Positions 12,815 to 23,890 of a stretch of DNA of 64,000 nt are shown here, piece by piece. This DNA comes from Torpedo marmorata (Eukaryota). Every line of letters begins with the position of its first letter. The stretch's first letter is position 1. Location: positions 18,104,001 to 18,168,000 of the forward strand of contig OZ360235.1 of assembly GCA_977017645.1 (NCBI GenBank), read 5' to 3'. The notes beneath the pieces were generated by a model, which saw only the letters and a program-made list of their open reading frames with translations, had not been told where the DNA came from and did no database searches. Position numbers and translations under genes: made by a program.

Positions 12815-13270
12815 ATGTATGTTATTGTCATATACATACAATTACAATGTGCAGATGTAATGAAAGTCAAATATGCTATAGATTCCCAGGTACATAAAAC
12901 ACACCAAACATAACAACACATGAGAAGAGAAATAAATAGATGATGACATGAGTAGGAAAAAATAGTATTAATAAATATACACAATTGGAAATAAATGGGA
13001 GTGCAAAAACAGTCCAGAGTCAGTAGTGCAGACAGATCTTTGGTGCTGGTGAATTAATGTTATGGAAAGGGTAGTGCAGGGAGGTTCAAGAGACTGATAG
13101 CTGTTGGGGAAACAGAATCTGGTCTTGAATTTGGAGGCACTTGACTCTGGGCTTCAGTGTCTGCCTGAAGGTAGTAGCGAGGAGAGCACATGACCAATGT
13201 GATGGAAACCCTCTATGCAAGCAGCACCTCACATAGATGGTCTTCAAAGGCCCGGAGCTCGGTGCCTATT
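12815..13270 (-). mobile_element. Old Rex/Babar-like LINE 3' fragment
   Basis: Tail motif ttattgtcata and loose similarity to 5570-5770. Confidence 0.5.
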
Positions 13271-13779
13271 ATGGACAGAATGAAGAAATGTTCCAGACTT
13301 GCTATTTTGTCAAACATTTTCCAAATAATAGAATCTAAATGTTACCATCAAGGTGGATAACGAGTGAGTAGACTGCTGTCTTTAGATTGGCAAAGATTGG
13401 GTAAATATAAAAACAATCTTGTCAACCAGCTGTGTACTGGAAGGTCTGTATGAAGATCTCTGTTGCAAATCTGCTGTGTAGTACATTTAATTGCATTATT
13501 GGATGTAACTTGTACGCTGATGAAGTTGGTGATATTAAAATCATGGTTTCATTGCGTATTCATAAATGTCCTAAAATGTTAGAATAAAAGTTCCCTGTTA
13601 GATATTTTTGGACTTTTGGCAATTATTAAACCATTACTCATGACAAGCTTTTTGAAAATATACCTACCAGAGTCATCGTGACAAGTTAATTACCGTATTT
13701 GATGGCATATAAGACCCACTTTTTTCCCTAAAAATTGGCTCAAAAATACACCCCGGATCTTATATGCAAAGTTGAATTT

Positions 13780-13962
13780 GAGCAGGTCGCCGGCTACTCG
13801 CCCAGCTTCAAGAAGCCCGTGGAGGTGCTGCAGCTGTCCAGGAAGCGTGCCCGCAGCTTCGCGGCCCACCTTCCCTTGGGTGGCCCGTGCTTTCCAGAGC
13901 CGCCACCGTTCACTTCCCCCGGTGAAAAGGCCGACCACGACGGCCCCTGCCAGCAGCGCAAC
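13780..13962 (+). pseudogene. DONSON: Captured DONSON exon-1 fragment
   Basis: EQVAGYSPSFKKPVEVLQLSRKRARSFAA versus human DONSON N-terminus as recalled, [29 protein letters not shown]; over 20 consecutive codons ending in G or C. Confidence 0.8.
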
Positions 13963-14369
13963 TGCCGTGCTTGTAGTACACGCTGATGGTACGATCGCTT
14001 GTTTTGAGGGGAGCGCTGGGCCTCGGTGATCAGGCTCCACGCTGAGCCTTTGTTCGGCGAGCACGGCCCCCCGAGCAAATTGAATGAGGCGCGGGGGCGG
14101 GTGGCAGTGAGCGAGCGGCCTGATCACCGAGGCCCAGTGCTCCCCTCAAAGCAAGCAATCGATCGTCTGCTCCCCGCGACGGTGGGCCCTGCCCATTGCC
14201 CTGGTGACCGGCTTCTCTCCATCCCACCCTCGCGGGTCCCGGCGTGCCTGTCAGTCAATCGGCGTTTGCACGGTGGGGGGAAAGCGGCCTGAGCCGCGGC
14301 GGGCAGGAGGTTGTGTTGCTGCTGCTGTTGCTCATGTGAAAGGAGGCCGGCGGCAGGCCACAAGCAAGC

Positions 14370-14480
14370 ATGGGTGCCTATCTGTCTCAGCCCAACACGG
14401 TGAAAAGCTCCAGTGAGCGGAGTACCGATAAATTCGGCTTCGGCGTCTCGGCCATGCAAGGCTGGAGGGTTTCCATCGAG
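14370..14480 (+). pseudogene. PPM1G: Captured PPM1G (PP2C gamma) first coding exon, preceded by 5' UTR-like sequence
   Basis: MGAYLSQPNTVKSSSERSTDKFGFGVSAMQGWRVSIE versus human PPM1G as recalled, MGAYLSQPNTVKCSGDG..YGFSAMQGWRVSME; similarity ends before DAH. Confidence 0.9.
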
Positions 14481-14640
14481 TGTGAAGGCACACACACGTT
14501 ATCTACAAGGGGCCTTGCAGGAGGAACCCGTTTGCCAACTTACCTGTAAATACACTAAAAAAAACTTTTTAAAAATCTTGATATTCCCTGCTGAAATGGG
14601 GGGGGGGGGGGGGGGTTCTTATATGCTGTCAAATACGGTA

Positions 14641-14808
14641 GATGTATTCAAAAAGGAGTTGGAGGTGGCCCTTGTGGTTAAAGGGATCAAGGGTATGGAG
14701 AGAAAGCAGGAATAGGGTACTGAAGTCATGTGATCAGCCATGATTATATTCATTGGTGGCGCAGGCTCGAAGGGCTGAACGGCCTACTCTTGCGCCTATT
14801 TTATGTGA
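14641..14808 (+). mobile_element. CR1 3' terminal fragment
   Basis: aaagggatcaagggtatggagagaaagcagg..gcaggctcgaagggctgaacggcctactc. Confidence 0.75.
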
Positions 14809-14873
14809 TTAAATACTGTAATTTTGTCCAAACATTTGGATAATTATAATATTTTGCTTCACATCTATTTTAG

Positions 14874-15110
14874 ATGATGCCTCCTCCCTGTTCAGCTTCT
14901 GAAGTGGATTTGCAGACCAGTGCTGCGAGCGTACCCATTCCAGCGGGTGGCACGGGCAAGGCGGTGCCTGTTCCACTTCCTGTCGATGTTTCTTCTTCTG
15001 CTTTTCAGTCTGTTCAACAGGTCTTTGCAGCTCTTGCAACTCCAAAAACTACAGTAGAAAAAGAAAGCCTGAAGGAAGAATTTGAAATAGAAAAGCCCAA
15101 AAAGGACAAG
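14874..15110 (+). CDS. SCAF11: SCAF11 exon ending at a GC donor
   Basis: Acceptor attttag; MMPPPCS..EKPKKDK; donor AAG|gcaagt; phase 0-0 joins DK|KCTIQE as in human KTDK|KLQIQE. Confidence 0.85.
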
Positions 15111-15290
15111 GCAAGTCCAGAAGCATCAATGACTTAAGTACAGTTCGTGAATTACATTCCTTCAAAGCACGTGTACATCTTAGACTCAGAACCTGGGAGA
15201 ATGCAATTCAGCTTGTCGTGTCCATCCACCAAGTTTGAGGTTCTAACTTTTCAAAGTGTTTGAACCCGTGGATTAAATAATGTATATATA

Positions 15291-15924
15291 CAGTAAAACC
15301 CATGGTATCTGGAATTCAAGCAACTGGCAAAAGAGTCGAGGAAAATAAATTTTTAAAAATAAAATAATAGGTAAAAAAATACACAAGTTTAAAATAAATG
15401 TTCTCTGAAGTAACACATAAACCTTTGGTGAAGATGGGAGCAAATATTCAACCTGCGATGTGCCTTGGTCGTGCTTTGCTCGTAGCAGCTTTTGAATAAA
15501 GTTGTGTGAAACAGCAATGGCGTCACCCAGGATGAAGAGCTGGTTGATGCCGCTCGCCATTGGGGTGACTCACTTAGAGTTGTCCCGGTCAGAGGCTTTA
15601 TCTGTAAACTGTAAACATTATCTCTAATGTTATCGTTGATCTTTCGGGCTGCTCCGTGGAGGGGGAGGAACCTGCAGATGCAGCGATGGTTAAATTTTTT
15701 CAAAGAATGTGACTGAAAATAAAGTAAAAAGCTTTAAGGTTTATATATTTGTGTAAGTGAAGTTTGTTCAGTGTAAGTATGGTATAGTATTTTTGTCTTT
15801 TAAACTCTTTATTCTTAATGCAGGTGTATTAGGCATTGAAAGAGTAAGTCTCAAGCAACCGGAAAATACACTTATCCGGCATCTACCAATCCCCAAAGGT
15901 GCTGGATTACCAGGGGTTTTACTG
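15291..15924. mobile_element. Tigger/pogo-like non-autonomous DNA transposon
   Basis: TIRs CAGTAAAACCCATGGTATCTGG and CTGGATTACCAGGGGTTTTACTG, TA on both flanks. Confidence 0.8.
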
Positions 15925-16083
15925 TAGTTTGTGTAATGCTGTTTCATCATTCCTTTATTCACATTAGTTTAATGCTACCATCTGTTGATTTGTTGATGCT
16001 TAAGCGTTGTTCTGGGTTTGATGTGATTATCTTGGTAACAGCTGGTTAATGTAGAACGTACAACTTTTTTTTCTAATACATAG

Positions 16084-16203
16084 AAATGTACTATTCAGGA
16101 AAGAGCCGTAGAAGAGGTAAAACTAGCCATCAAGCCTTATTACCAGAAGAAGGACATTACCAAGGATGAATACAAAGAAATTGTCCGCAAAGCAGTGGAT
16201 AAG
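16084..16203 (+). CDS. SCAF11: SCAF11 exon, C-terminal Pol II CTD-binding domain part 1
   Basis: [40 protein letters not shown]; ag/gt boundaries; 120 nt. Confidence 0.96.
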
Positions 16204-16312
16204 GTAAAAATTTAAAATATATTTTAACTGTACCATTATAGTCGAAGAAAAATCAGAAAATAGTACTTTTCAGAAGAGTTGATAATTTTCTTGCAGATTA
16301 TCTGGGATTACA

Positions 16313-17042
16313 CACTGGACAATGAAGATTTTGCTTCCTGAACACTTTTGAGTGTATTTTATGATTACGTATTGTTTTTTTTATATAACCTATTTTTGTG
16401 ATTTACTATCATATTTTAAGTCTTGCCCACAAAGCAAGCTGTTTTGGTCAGTCCAAGCATGCCTGGGCATGCACTCAGTGCAGGTGCTATGCAAATGTTG
16501 TCTTAGGCATGGAAGGCATTTAAAGATGTTGAGAATTTTCTTGACAACTACAGAGCGCACCAAACTACATCCATCTGATTGACAATATGCTTGAAGTATA
16601 TAAAACCATGAAGTGCAACATGTCATTGAAAATTCATTTTCTGCATTCGCACTTGGACTTCTTCCCTGCTGATCTTGGTGGTCAGTGATGAACATGGTGA
16701 AAGGTTTCACCAGCACATTGGGACCATGGAAAAGTGGTATCGGAGCAATTAGAATCCATCAATGCTGGCCGACTATTGTTGGACACTGACACGAGGCATC
16801 AGATGCGGAGTACAAATGAAAATCAGCGGCAAAACATTTTAGGACAGTTGAACTAACGCAATGTGTCAGCATCATTATGCGATTAAACATGCTAAATTCA
16901 ATAAAAGTTAATTTAATGTTACTCCAATGTGATACAGCAAATCTGAAATTATCTTTGTGTTCAGCTTGAAGTTGTCCAATATTATCCCCAATTTTTTTTT
17001 TTTCAGGAAGCAAACCATTTGAAAAAAGATTGTTGTCCAGTG
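16313..17042 (+). mobile_element. Chapaev3 (CMC) DNA transposon, internally deleted
   Basis: TIRs CACTGGACAA and TTGTCCAGTG followed by TTA; transposase C-terminus NMSLKIHFLHSHLDFFPADLG..SDEHGERFHQ..MLADYCWTL. Confidence 0.85.
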
Positions 17043-17769
17043 TTATGAGTTGTTTAGTTTGCTAACCATGGTGTTTTAAGTCAGAGAAATTAGTTAGGTG
17101 CAAGTTATCAATCACATATATGTTTAACCTACCAGTTAAATTCTAAGCTCTTGGTAGTTGGCCTGACATTTTCTCAATGTTGGGGTCATTTCTCAAGAGC
17201 ATTACAATTGCACTAGTGAGTATTTTTTTAAAAAAGTATTGGTTAAACAACGGCCGTCACAAGAATTTGTAAAAAGCACACTTGAATAGGATGAGATGTC
17301 CATCAGGAATTAAGTGATGTGTATTTGATAAACACTCTAGATAAGAGTTTCCAGAAATCTGCTCTGTACCTTGAGTAGAGGCTGGTAGGTAGAAAACAGA
17401 GCACTAGATAGCCATAAATTAGCAAAATGGTGATTGTTACACGTGCAGGGAATTGTTGGAACATTTGCGTCTATTTACGAAGTGTTTCGAACGATGAGTT
17501 GGGATAAATATTACAATTTGTAGAATTTGAGTTTTGTGGCACTGTAGAACTTGCAGAGTGTTGCAGGAAAACTACAAGAAGACATTCTTGGACTAGGAAA
17601 ATGCTTTTACATTAAAAATGTTCCAATCTGTATCTGTGAATCTGCATGGCTGATAAAAAGAAAGTTGAGATATCTCATAACTAGCATCGTACTGACGTTG
17701 CTGGGTTAGTAATTCAATGGTTTGAATTAACGGAGCGGAGGCAAGTTTTGAAGACACAGGATCATTTCT

Positions 17770-19495
17770 GCAACAAGGGGAGAAAAGATGAAATATGAAG
17801 GTAGGATAGCCAATAATGTAAAAGAGGATACGAAAAGTTTTTTCAGATATATAAAAAGTAAAAGGGAACAAGAGTGGACAATCAGAGCACTGTAAAACGA
17901 TGCTGAAAAGTAATGGGGAACAAAGAAATTGCAGATGAAGTGAATAGGCATTTTGCATCAGTCTTCACAATGGAAGACACCAGTGACGTGCCACAAATTC
18001 AAGAGAGTGTAGTTGCTATTACTAAGGAGAAGGTGCTTGGGAAGCTGAAGGGGATGAAGGTGGATAAGTCACCTGGAATGGATGGACTACACCCCCAGTC
18101 CTGAAAGAGATAAATGGAAAGATTGTGGACACATTTGTAGTGATCTTTCAAGAATCCCCACAGTCAGAAATAGTTCCAGAGGATCGGAAAATTGCAAATG
18201 TCACTCCACTCTTTAAGGGGGGGAGAGAGAGGCAAAAGACAACAAATTATAGACTGGTTAGCCTGACTTCACTGGTTGGTAAGATTCCAGAGTCCATTAT
18301 TCAGGGTGCTTGAAAGCACAATAATAAAATAGGCTGCAGTCAGCATGGTTTACTTTAGGGGAGTTCTTGCTTGACAAATCTGTTGGAATTTTTTGAGGAA
18401 GTAACAAGCAGGATAGACAGTCAGTGGATGTTTACTTGGATTTTCAGAAGGCCCGCATATGAGGCTAATAAACAAGATAGGAACAAACTAGCAGAGCTGA
18501 CCGGCAGAAGCCAGAGTGAGAATAAAGGGGGCTTTTGCTCACCAGCTGCCAGTGACTAATTGTGTTCAAAAGGAGTCAGTTTTGGGTCTGCTCCATTTCG
18601 CATTGTATGGTAATGATTTGGATGGCGGAATTGATGGCTTTGTGGCCAAGTTTGCGAATGATACAAAGATAGGTGGAAGGGCAGGTAGTGTTGAGGAAGC
18701 AGGAAGTCTGCAGAGAATGGCCAAAGTGGCAACTGGATTTCAGCGTGTAGAAGTGTAAGGTCATGCACTTTGGTGGAAGGAATAAAGAAGTAAACTATTT
18801 TCTAAATGGAGAGAGAATTCAGAAAGCAGGGGTCCAAAGGAACTTGGGAGTCCTAGTGAAGGATTCCATAAAGATTAACTTGCTGGTTCAGTCAGTAGTA
18901 AGGGAGGCAAAGGCAATGTTAGCATTCATTCAAGAGCACCAGGATATAAAAGCAAAGATGTAATGCTGAGGCATTAGTCAGACCATGTTTGGAGTCGTGT
19001 GAGCTGTTTGGGCCCCATCCAAGGAAGGATGTGCTGGCATTGAAGAGGGTCTTGAGGAGGTTTCCAAGGATGATCCCAGGGATGAGAGGGTTAATGTATG
19101 AGGAGCGCTTGATGGCTCTGGGCCTGTACTCACTGGAGTTTAGATGAGGGAGGATCTCATTGAAATCTGTTGAATATTAAAAGGCTAGATAGAGTGGACG
19201 AGTCTAGGACCAGAGGTCACAGCCTCAGAATAAAAGAATGTTCCTTTATATCAGAGATGAGGAATTTCCTAAGCTAGAGGGTTGTGAATCTGAAAATTAT
19301 TGCCACAGACAAGCTGTGGAGGCCAAGTCATTGGGTAGATTTAATGCAGAGGTTGAAAGGTTCTTGTTTAGTAATGTCACGGGAAGAAGGCAAGAGAATG
19401 GGTTTGAGGAAAAATACATTAGTCATGATTCGAATGGCATGGCTGTCTCAATGGGCTGAATGGCCTAATTCTGCTCCTACGTCTTATGGTCTTGC
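17770..19495 (+). mobile_element. Degraded CR1 ORF2 and 3' end
   Basis: KVDKSPGMDGLHP, ANVTPLFK, NYRLVSLTS, TNLLEFFEEVT, KFANDTKIGG spread over broken frames. Confidence 0.88.
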
Positions 19496-19499
19496 TGAT

Positions 19500-20055
19500 G
19501 TTGAGAGCAAGATTGTTCTTCTACCACCACGTAACCATTCTCGATCTCTATTATGGCTCTTCGCTAACCGTTATTTGGCTGACATTGGTGGTGTCATCAG
19601 CGAATTTATAGATTGATTGGAGCCATATTTGGCTACGCAATCGTGGGTGTAAAGGGAATAGAGTAGGGCAGAGCCTTGAGGTGCCCCTGTGTTGGTCAGC
19701 GAGGAGAAGGTGATGTTGCCAATCCGCACTGATTGGAAGACTAGGATTCAGTTGCAGAAAGATAAACAGCCAGATCTGAGTTTGATTTTTCTGATAGGAT
19801 GATGTTAAACGATGAGCTGTAATCAACGAACAACGGCCTGACGTAGATGTTCTTGAGGTCCACGTGATCTAATGCAGAGTGGGGCGAGTGAGATGACATC
19901 TGCTGTTGACCTGTTGTGACAGTAGGCAAACCGAAGTAGATCTCGGTCCTTCCTAGGCAGGAGTTGATTTGCTCCACTACCAACCTCTCAAAGCACTTCA
20001 TCACAGTGAACATAGGCCAGTTGTCCTTGAGGCAGGTCACCTTGCTCTTGGTCAC
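19500..20055 (-). mobile_element. Degraded Rex1/Babar RT fragment
   Basis: TVMKCFERLV, LFVDYSSSFN, IYKFADDT. Confidence 0.8.
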
Positions 20056-20484
20056 TGCAAATTTACTTTCCCTTCACCTATCCATTCTTACCCCCTCCCC
20101 CACCCCAGCTCCTTGCCCTCAACACCTGTTAGCTATTTCTGACGTCCTCTAATTTCTTGCCTGATTCTCTCTCCTGACCCCAACTTCATTCTCTTATTGT
20201 TTTAATGTTCAGCATCTTTTATAGTTATCCCTTGCCTTTAAACTCTGTTTTACATATAAAATTCTAACCAGAAAATTTTTCGTATGTCAAACCATGTCAG
20301 ATCAGATGAGATTTTTATTCGTCATTTTACATTGCATTCATCAAATAGAGTAAAACTATTTCAGATTTTAAACAGTACCATATTTTTGCTTGTAAATTGG
20401 ACAGTTTCTACTTACCATGTTTGCACTTCATAACTGCACATCTATTGAATTGATCCACTGAAATATGTATGTTTTATTTCTAAG

Positions 20485-20631
20485 GTGTGCCATAGCAAGA
20501 GTGGTGAAGTGATCCCAGGGAAAGTAGCGAACTTGGTTAAAGCATATGTAGAGAAATATAAACATGCAAGGAAAGGGAACCCAAAGCAAAATCCTGAAGA
20601 ATGCAGTATCATTGGGAACAAATCTTTTTAA
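20485..20631 (+). CDS. SCAF11: SCAF11 terminal coding exon
   Basis: [48 protein letters not shown]; acceptor tttctaag. Confidence 0.96.
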   Translation: MCHSKSGEVIPGKVANLVKAYVEKYKHARKGNPKQNPEECSIIGNKSF

Positions 20632-21233
20632 ATGATGTAATGATGTAGCAAATTGATTACCAGTGTTAACATGAACCCAAAATAGAATGATGTGTAGGAA
20701 ATTTGTTTTCCATTGGTTCATATAATTTTTTTCCTACAGCTTGTTTTTTAAAAAAATGGAAGCATTTGGGACACCACAATGACATGAAATAAAAGCATGC
20801 TGTTGTTAGTTATATGGAGTTGCAAGGATAATACGATCTGTCCTGGCCCCTCCTGTGGGCTATCAGTAGATCAGCTGTATAAATGTGATATTTGTTTAGA
20901 TGATTTCCTAATGTATCAAATGATCTCTTATTGATTTTTTTTTTGTTAACTCTAGTTAAGTGTTTTTGTAAACAGTTTGTATGTTGTACAAATGCCTCCA
21001 GGTTTAACTGGAAGGATCTGGATCATGTAGTTGCACTGGCAACTGAGGCTGATCAGCTATTTTAGTGCATTTAGGGTCTAAACAACTATGATTGCTTAAC
21101 TCTGCTAGGACTGTTGCTCCATGGAAAAATGTTTGATAAAAGATTTGATTCTATAGTTTCATTTTTGAGAAAAGCAGAAAAGAATCGTTCAAAATGTGCT
21201 TGGAGTATTCTGTAATACTTATCTATACACCGA

Positions 21234-21239
21234 AATAAA
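21234..21239 (+). terminator. Candidate SCAF11 polyadenylation signal (other AATAAA at 20788 and 21421)
   Basis: AATAAA within AT-rich 3' UTR-like sequence. Confidence 0.45.
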
Positions 21240-21602
21240 TTTTCTGCTGCTTGTCAAAACAGTTTCCGGGTCTTGATGAACATGTAAAATTCATTGAAAA
21301 TCAGAAGATAAATTTGTATTTTTTTTCTCCAAAAGTGGAATCCTTTGTAAAAGTATTTTTGTTTTATGTGCTGCCGATGGTATTATAGGTGCTGATATTG
21401 TTTTGTTAACTTTTAAACACAATAAATTAGTATGACAATACAGTAGACTATTTAAATACTGGGGATGGGCCTTGTATTGTTTATGCTGATATAATTTAAA
21501 TAATGAATGAAGCTCAAATTTTTTGGTATGATCAAAGGCTTGAGTTTTGTATTTCTACAACTTCCAAAACTATTGCCAGCAGTGCATAATCATATTTTTA
21601 TA

Positions 21603-22277
21603 CTAGCAGGATACCCAGCGTTGCCCGGGCTTTGCTCCACAATGTTGGCATACCTCTGACATGGAGCCAATTACAACTGCATTAATAGAAGAATACTCAA
21701 TGTCAACTGAGTAATTGAATGCAGCATTTAGCAGGTTGGCTGTAGTAAATGGTGCTGCCCTTCGGCTGGTGGCTTTTGTTCGCATTGCTTGGAATCTTGC
21801 TTGTTCTTCCTCAGCAGACTCTTGTCTGGTCATGGAATGCCTGGCGGCATCAGTGTTGTTCCTCAGTTTCCTGCTCCTTGTTTGTCTGGCAGCCTGAGCA
21901 TTGAGGTGGGCCTGGTGTTGCTGTTCTGCTCCCTGCTTGACTGGAAGCATCAACAGTGAGGCGAGACTGATGTTCCTCTGCTGTCTCTTGCTTTCTCCTT
22001 TGTCTTGTGAAGAGCTTCTGCCAATGTTGCTTTGCTTTTTTGGGCCCATATTGAACTGGGTTTGGCCACTTGTTTTTATTCTGAACGTACATTGATGCAC
22101 AGCACTGTAACTAATTGAGGTGTCCCTGGTGCAAGTTCAAATGGCCTTAAAGGTTAAATTCAATGTGGTCATGACATTCAGCATCAAATGTTACCCCTAC
22201 TGGACATTTTTAGAGTGCTCCATATTGATTTGCATGGAGAACAGACAATCATGCACAAATATATATTAGAAGAAAGA
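21603..22277 (-). mobile_element. Internally deleted Helitron
   Basis: A|TC..CTAG|T termini, subterminal hairpin CCCGGGCAACGCTGGG; ORF resembles the RepHel N-terminus (SNIGR, AAFNY..VVIGSMSEVCQHCGAK). Confidence 0.85.
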
Positions 22278-23499
22278 TTATAGAACCATATCACATGCCC
22301 GCTATTAATGGAATTTTATGGTAGAACATCAGACGTAGTTGTTGCCTCTTCCTTTTTAAGGTCTTTTTTTTAAATGTCCCTGCATTGAGATTTCAATCAA
22401 GTCATTTCAGTTATATTACAACGAACATACTTGCGTTTTTGAGGAAAAGACTAGCACATTTTATGTTGAAGGTAACCCAGTTTACTGAAAAGCCTTGCAC
22501 TTAGAGCAAAAATGTATTTGTGAAAGGAATGAACATGAGAAATTCATTGATGCCAGGAAGAAAAGGTTGGTAAATTTTCATATGATTCAATAAAGTTGGA
22601 AGTAGTTTTTAAGCCTATTGTTAAATATAAACAGTGGAATAATCGTGAAAGTTAAATGTGTACATCCATAGTTGCTTTTCATTCTTTAATACATATACTA
22701 GGCAGAAAAAGAATAGAAATTTAGTTTTTGTTGTCTAACTACAAATATCAGTCTCCAAACTTCGTGTTGTTTTTGTGGGGGAGAAAAAACTTGACAAAGT
22801 TGATCATTCTCAATGGTCTTCGAATGTATTTCTTGTGACACTGGTATTCTTTAGTTAAAATGATTCAAGGTATAGAGCCTTGAATAGAAAAGAAATGAGG
22901 CCTCTTGCATTGAAGAGATTGTTGGTGGTAACTAATCCTTAATTTAGAACTATGGAACATTGTCCTGTAAGAGGACAAAGGAAAATATATCCAGGTGGGG
23001 ATATCATCGTATTGGGGGAGGTGCAGTTTTTCATTCAGTTCAAGGTTTGCATCCCTTAATCCAGATATAAAATTTAACTCTGGCAAGAAAGTTAAGTTAC
23101 TTCAATACTAATGTGTACTTTATCTTGGCACTAAAGGACAGCCTTCATTCTAGAATGCTTATTTTCCTCTCTGGTACCCAGCCTTTGTCAAAATACAGTT
23201 TAATGGTAGCTGTGGGGTTGGGAAAAGTAATTTTGCAACTAATTTGAGTAAATTCTGAAAAGTATTTGACGATTGGATAATATCAACTAGTGTCAATCCT
23301 GTCCTTGTGCAAAATATCCTGGGAAGAAGAAGCAGCATGTTTTCTTGCCCATTCCTCCCCCAAGGAGTGTTAGGACCAATAGTTCAATATGTTGCCAGCA
23401 TAATAGAGATCGGGGTGTCAACACCAACCAGAAATTAACTCAGGCTTTGTGATTGGGCAACGCAGCCTCACCATTTACTAACTGATACACTAGGATACC

Positions 23500-23730
23500 A
23501 AACACAATCAGCTGGAGGAATTCAGTGGGAGAAAAAGAATGGTCAATGTTTCAAGCCAATACCCTTTATTGAGACTGGGGATACGTAGAAGAAAGGCTAC
23601 CACTAACACATTTTCTCCATTCTAATAAAGGGTTTCAGCTCAAAATATCGACCATTCTTTTTCTCCCACTGATGCTGCTTGATCCTCTAAATTCCTCCAG
23701 CAGATGGTGTTTGGCTTCAGATTCCAGCAT
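23500..23730. mobile_element. Degraded inverted pair of Penelope terminal repeats
   Basis: tcagtgggagaaaaagaatggtc is the reverse complement of gaccattctttttctcccactga; gctggaggaatt pairs with aattcctccagc. Confidence 0.7.
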
Positions 23731-23890
23731 CTCCACCGGGGAAGGATGCCTGTTCCCATGATTAGCATTTGTATGTTCAGCATCAGCAGGACTTGGTTTA
23801 TTAATTATCTGCAGGCGATTGCAATTTGGAAACACAATATATAATTGCCTAATACCAAAGGATCCTTTGTGAGTTGTTTGAGGAGGAAGT

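Larger units (their letters stand above)
13693..14638. mobile_element. Non-autonomous Tc1/mariner-superfamily (Tc2-like) transposon carrying captured host gene fragments (Pack-TIR)
   Basis: TIRs CCGTATTTGATGGCATATAAGACCC and GGGTTCTTATATGCTGTCAAATACGG; TA on both flanks (13691-92, 14639-40); GC/CpG-rich interior with no transposase. Confidence 0.9.
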
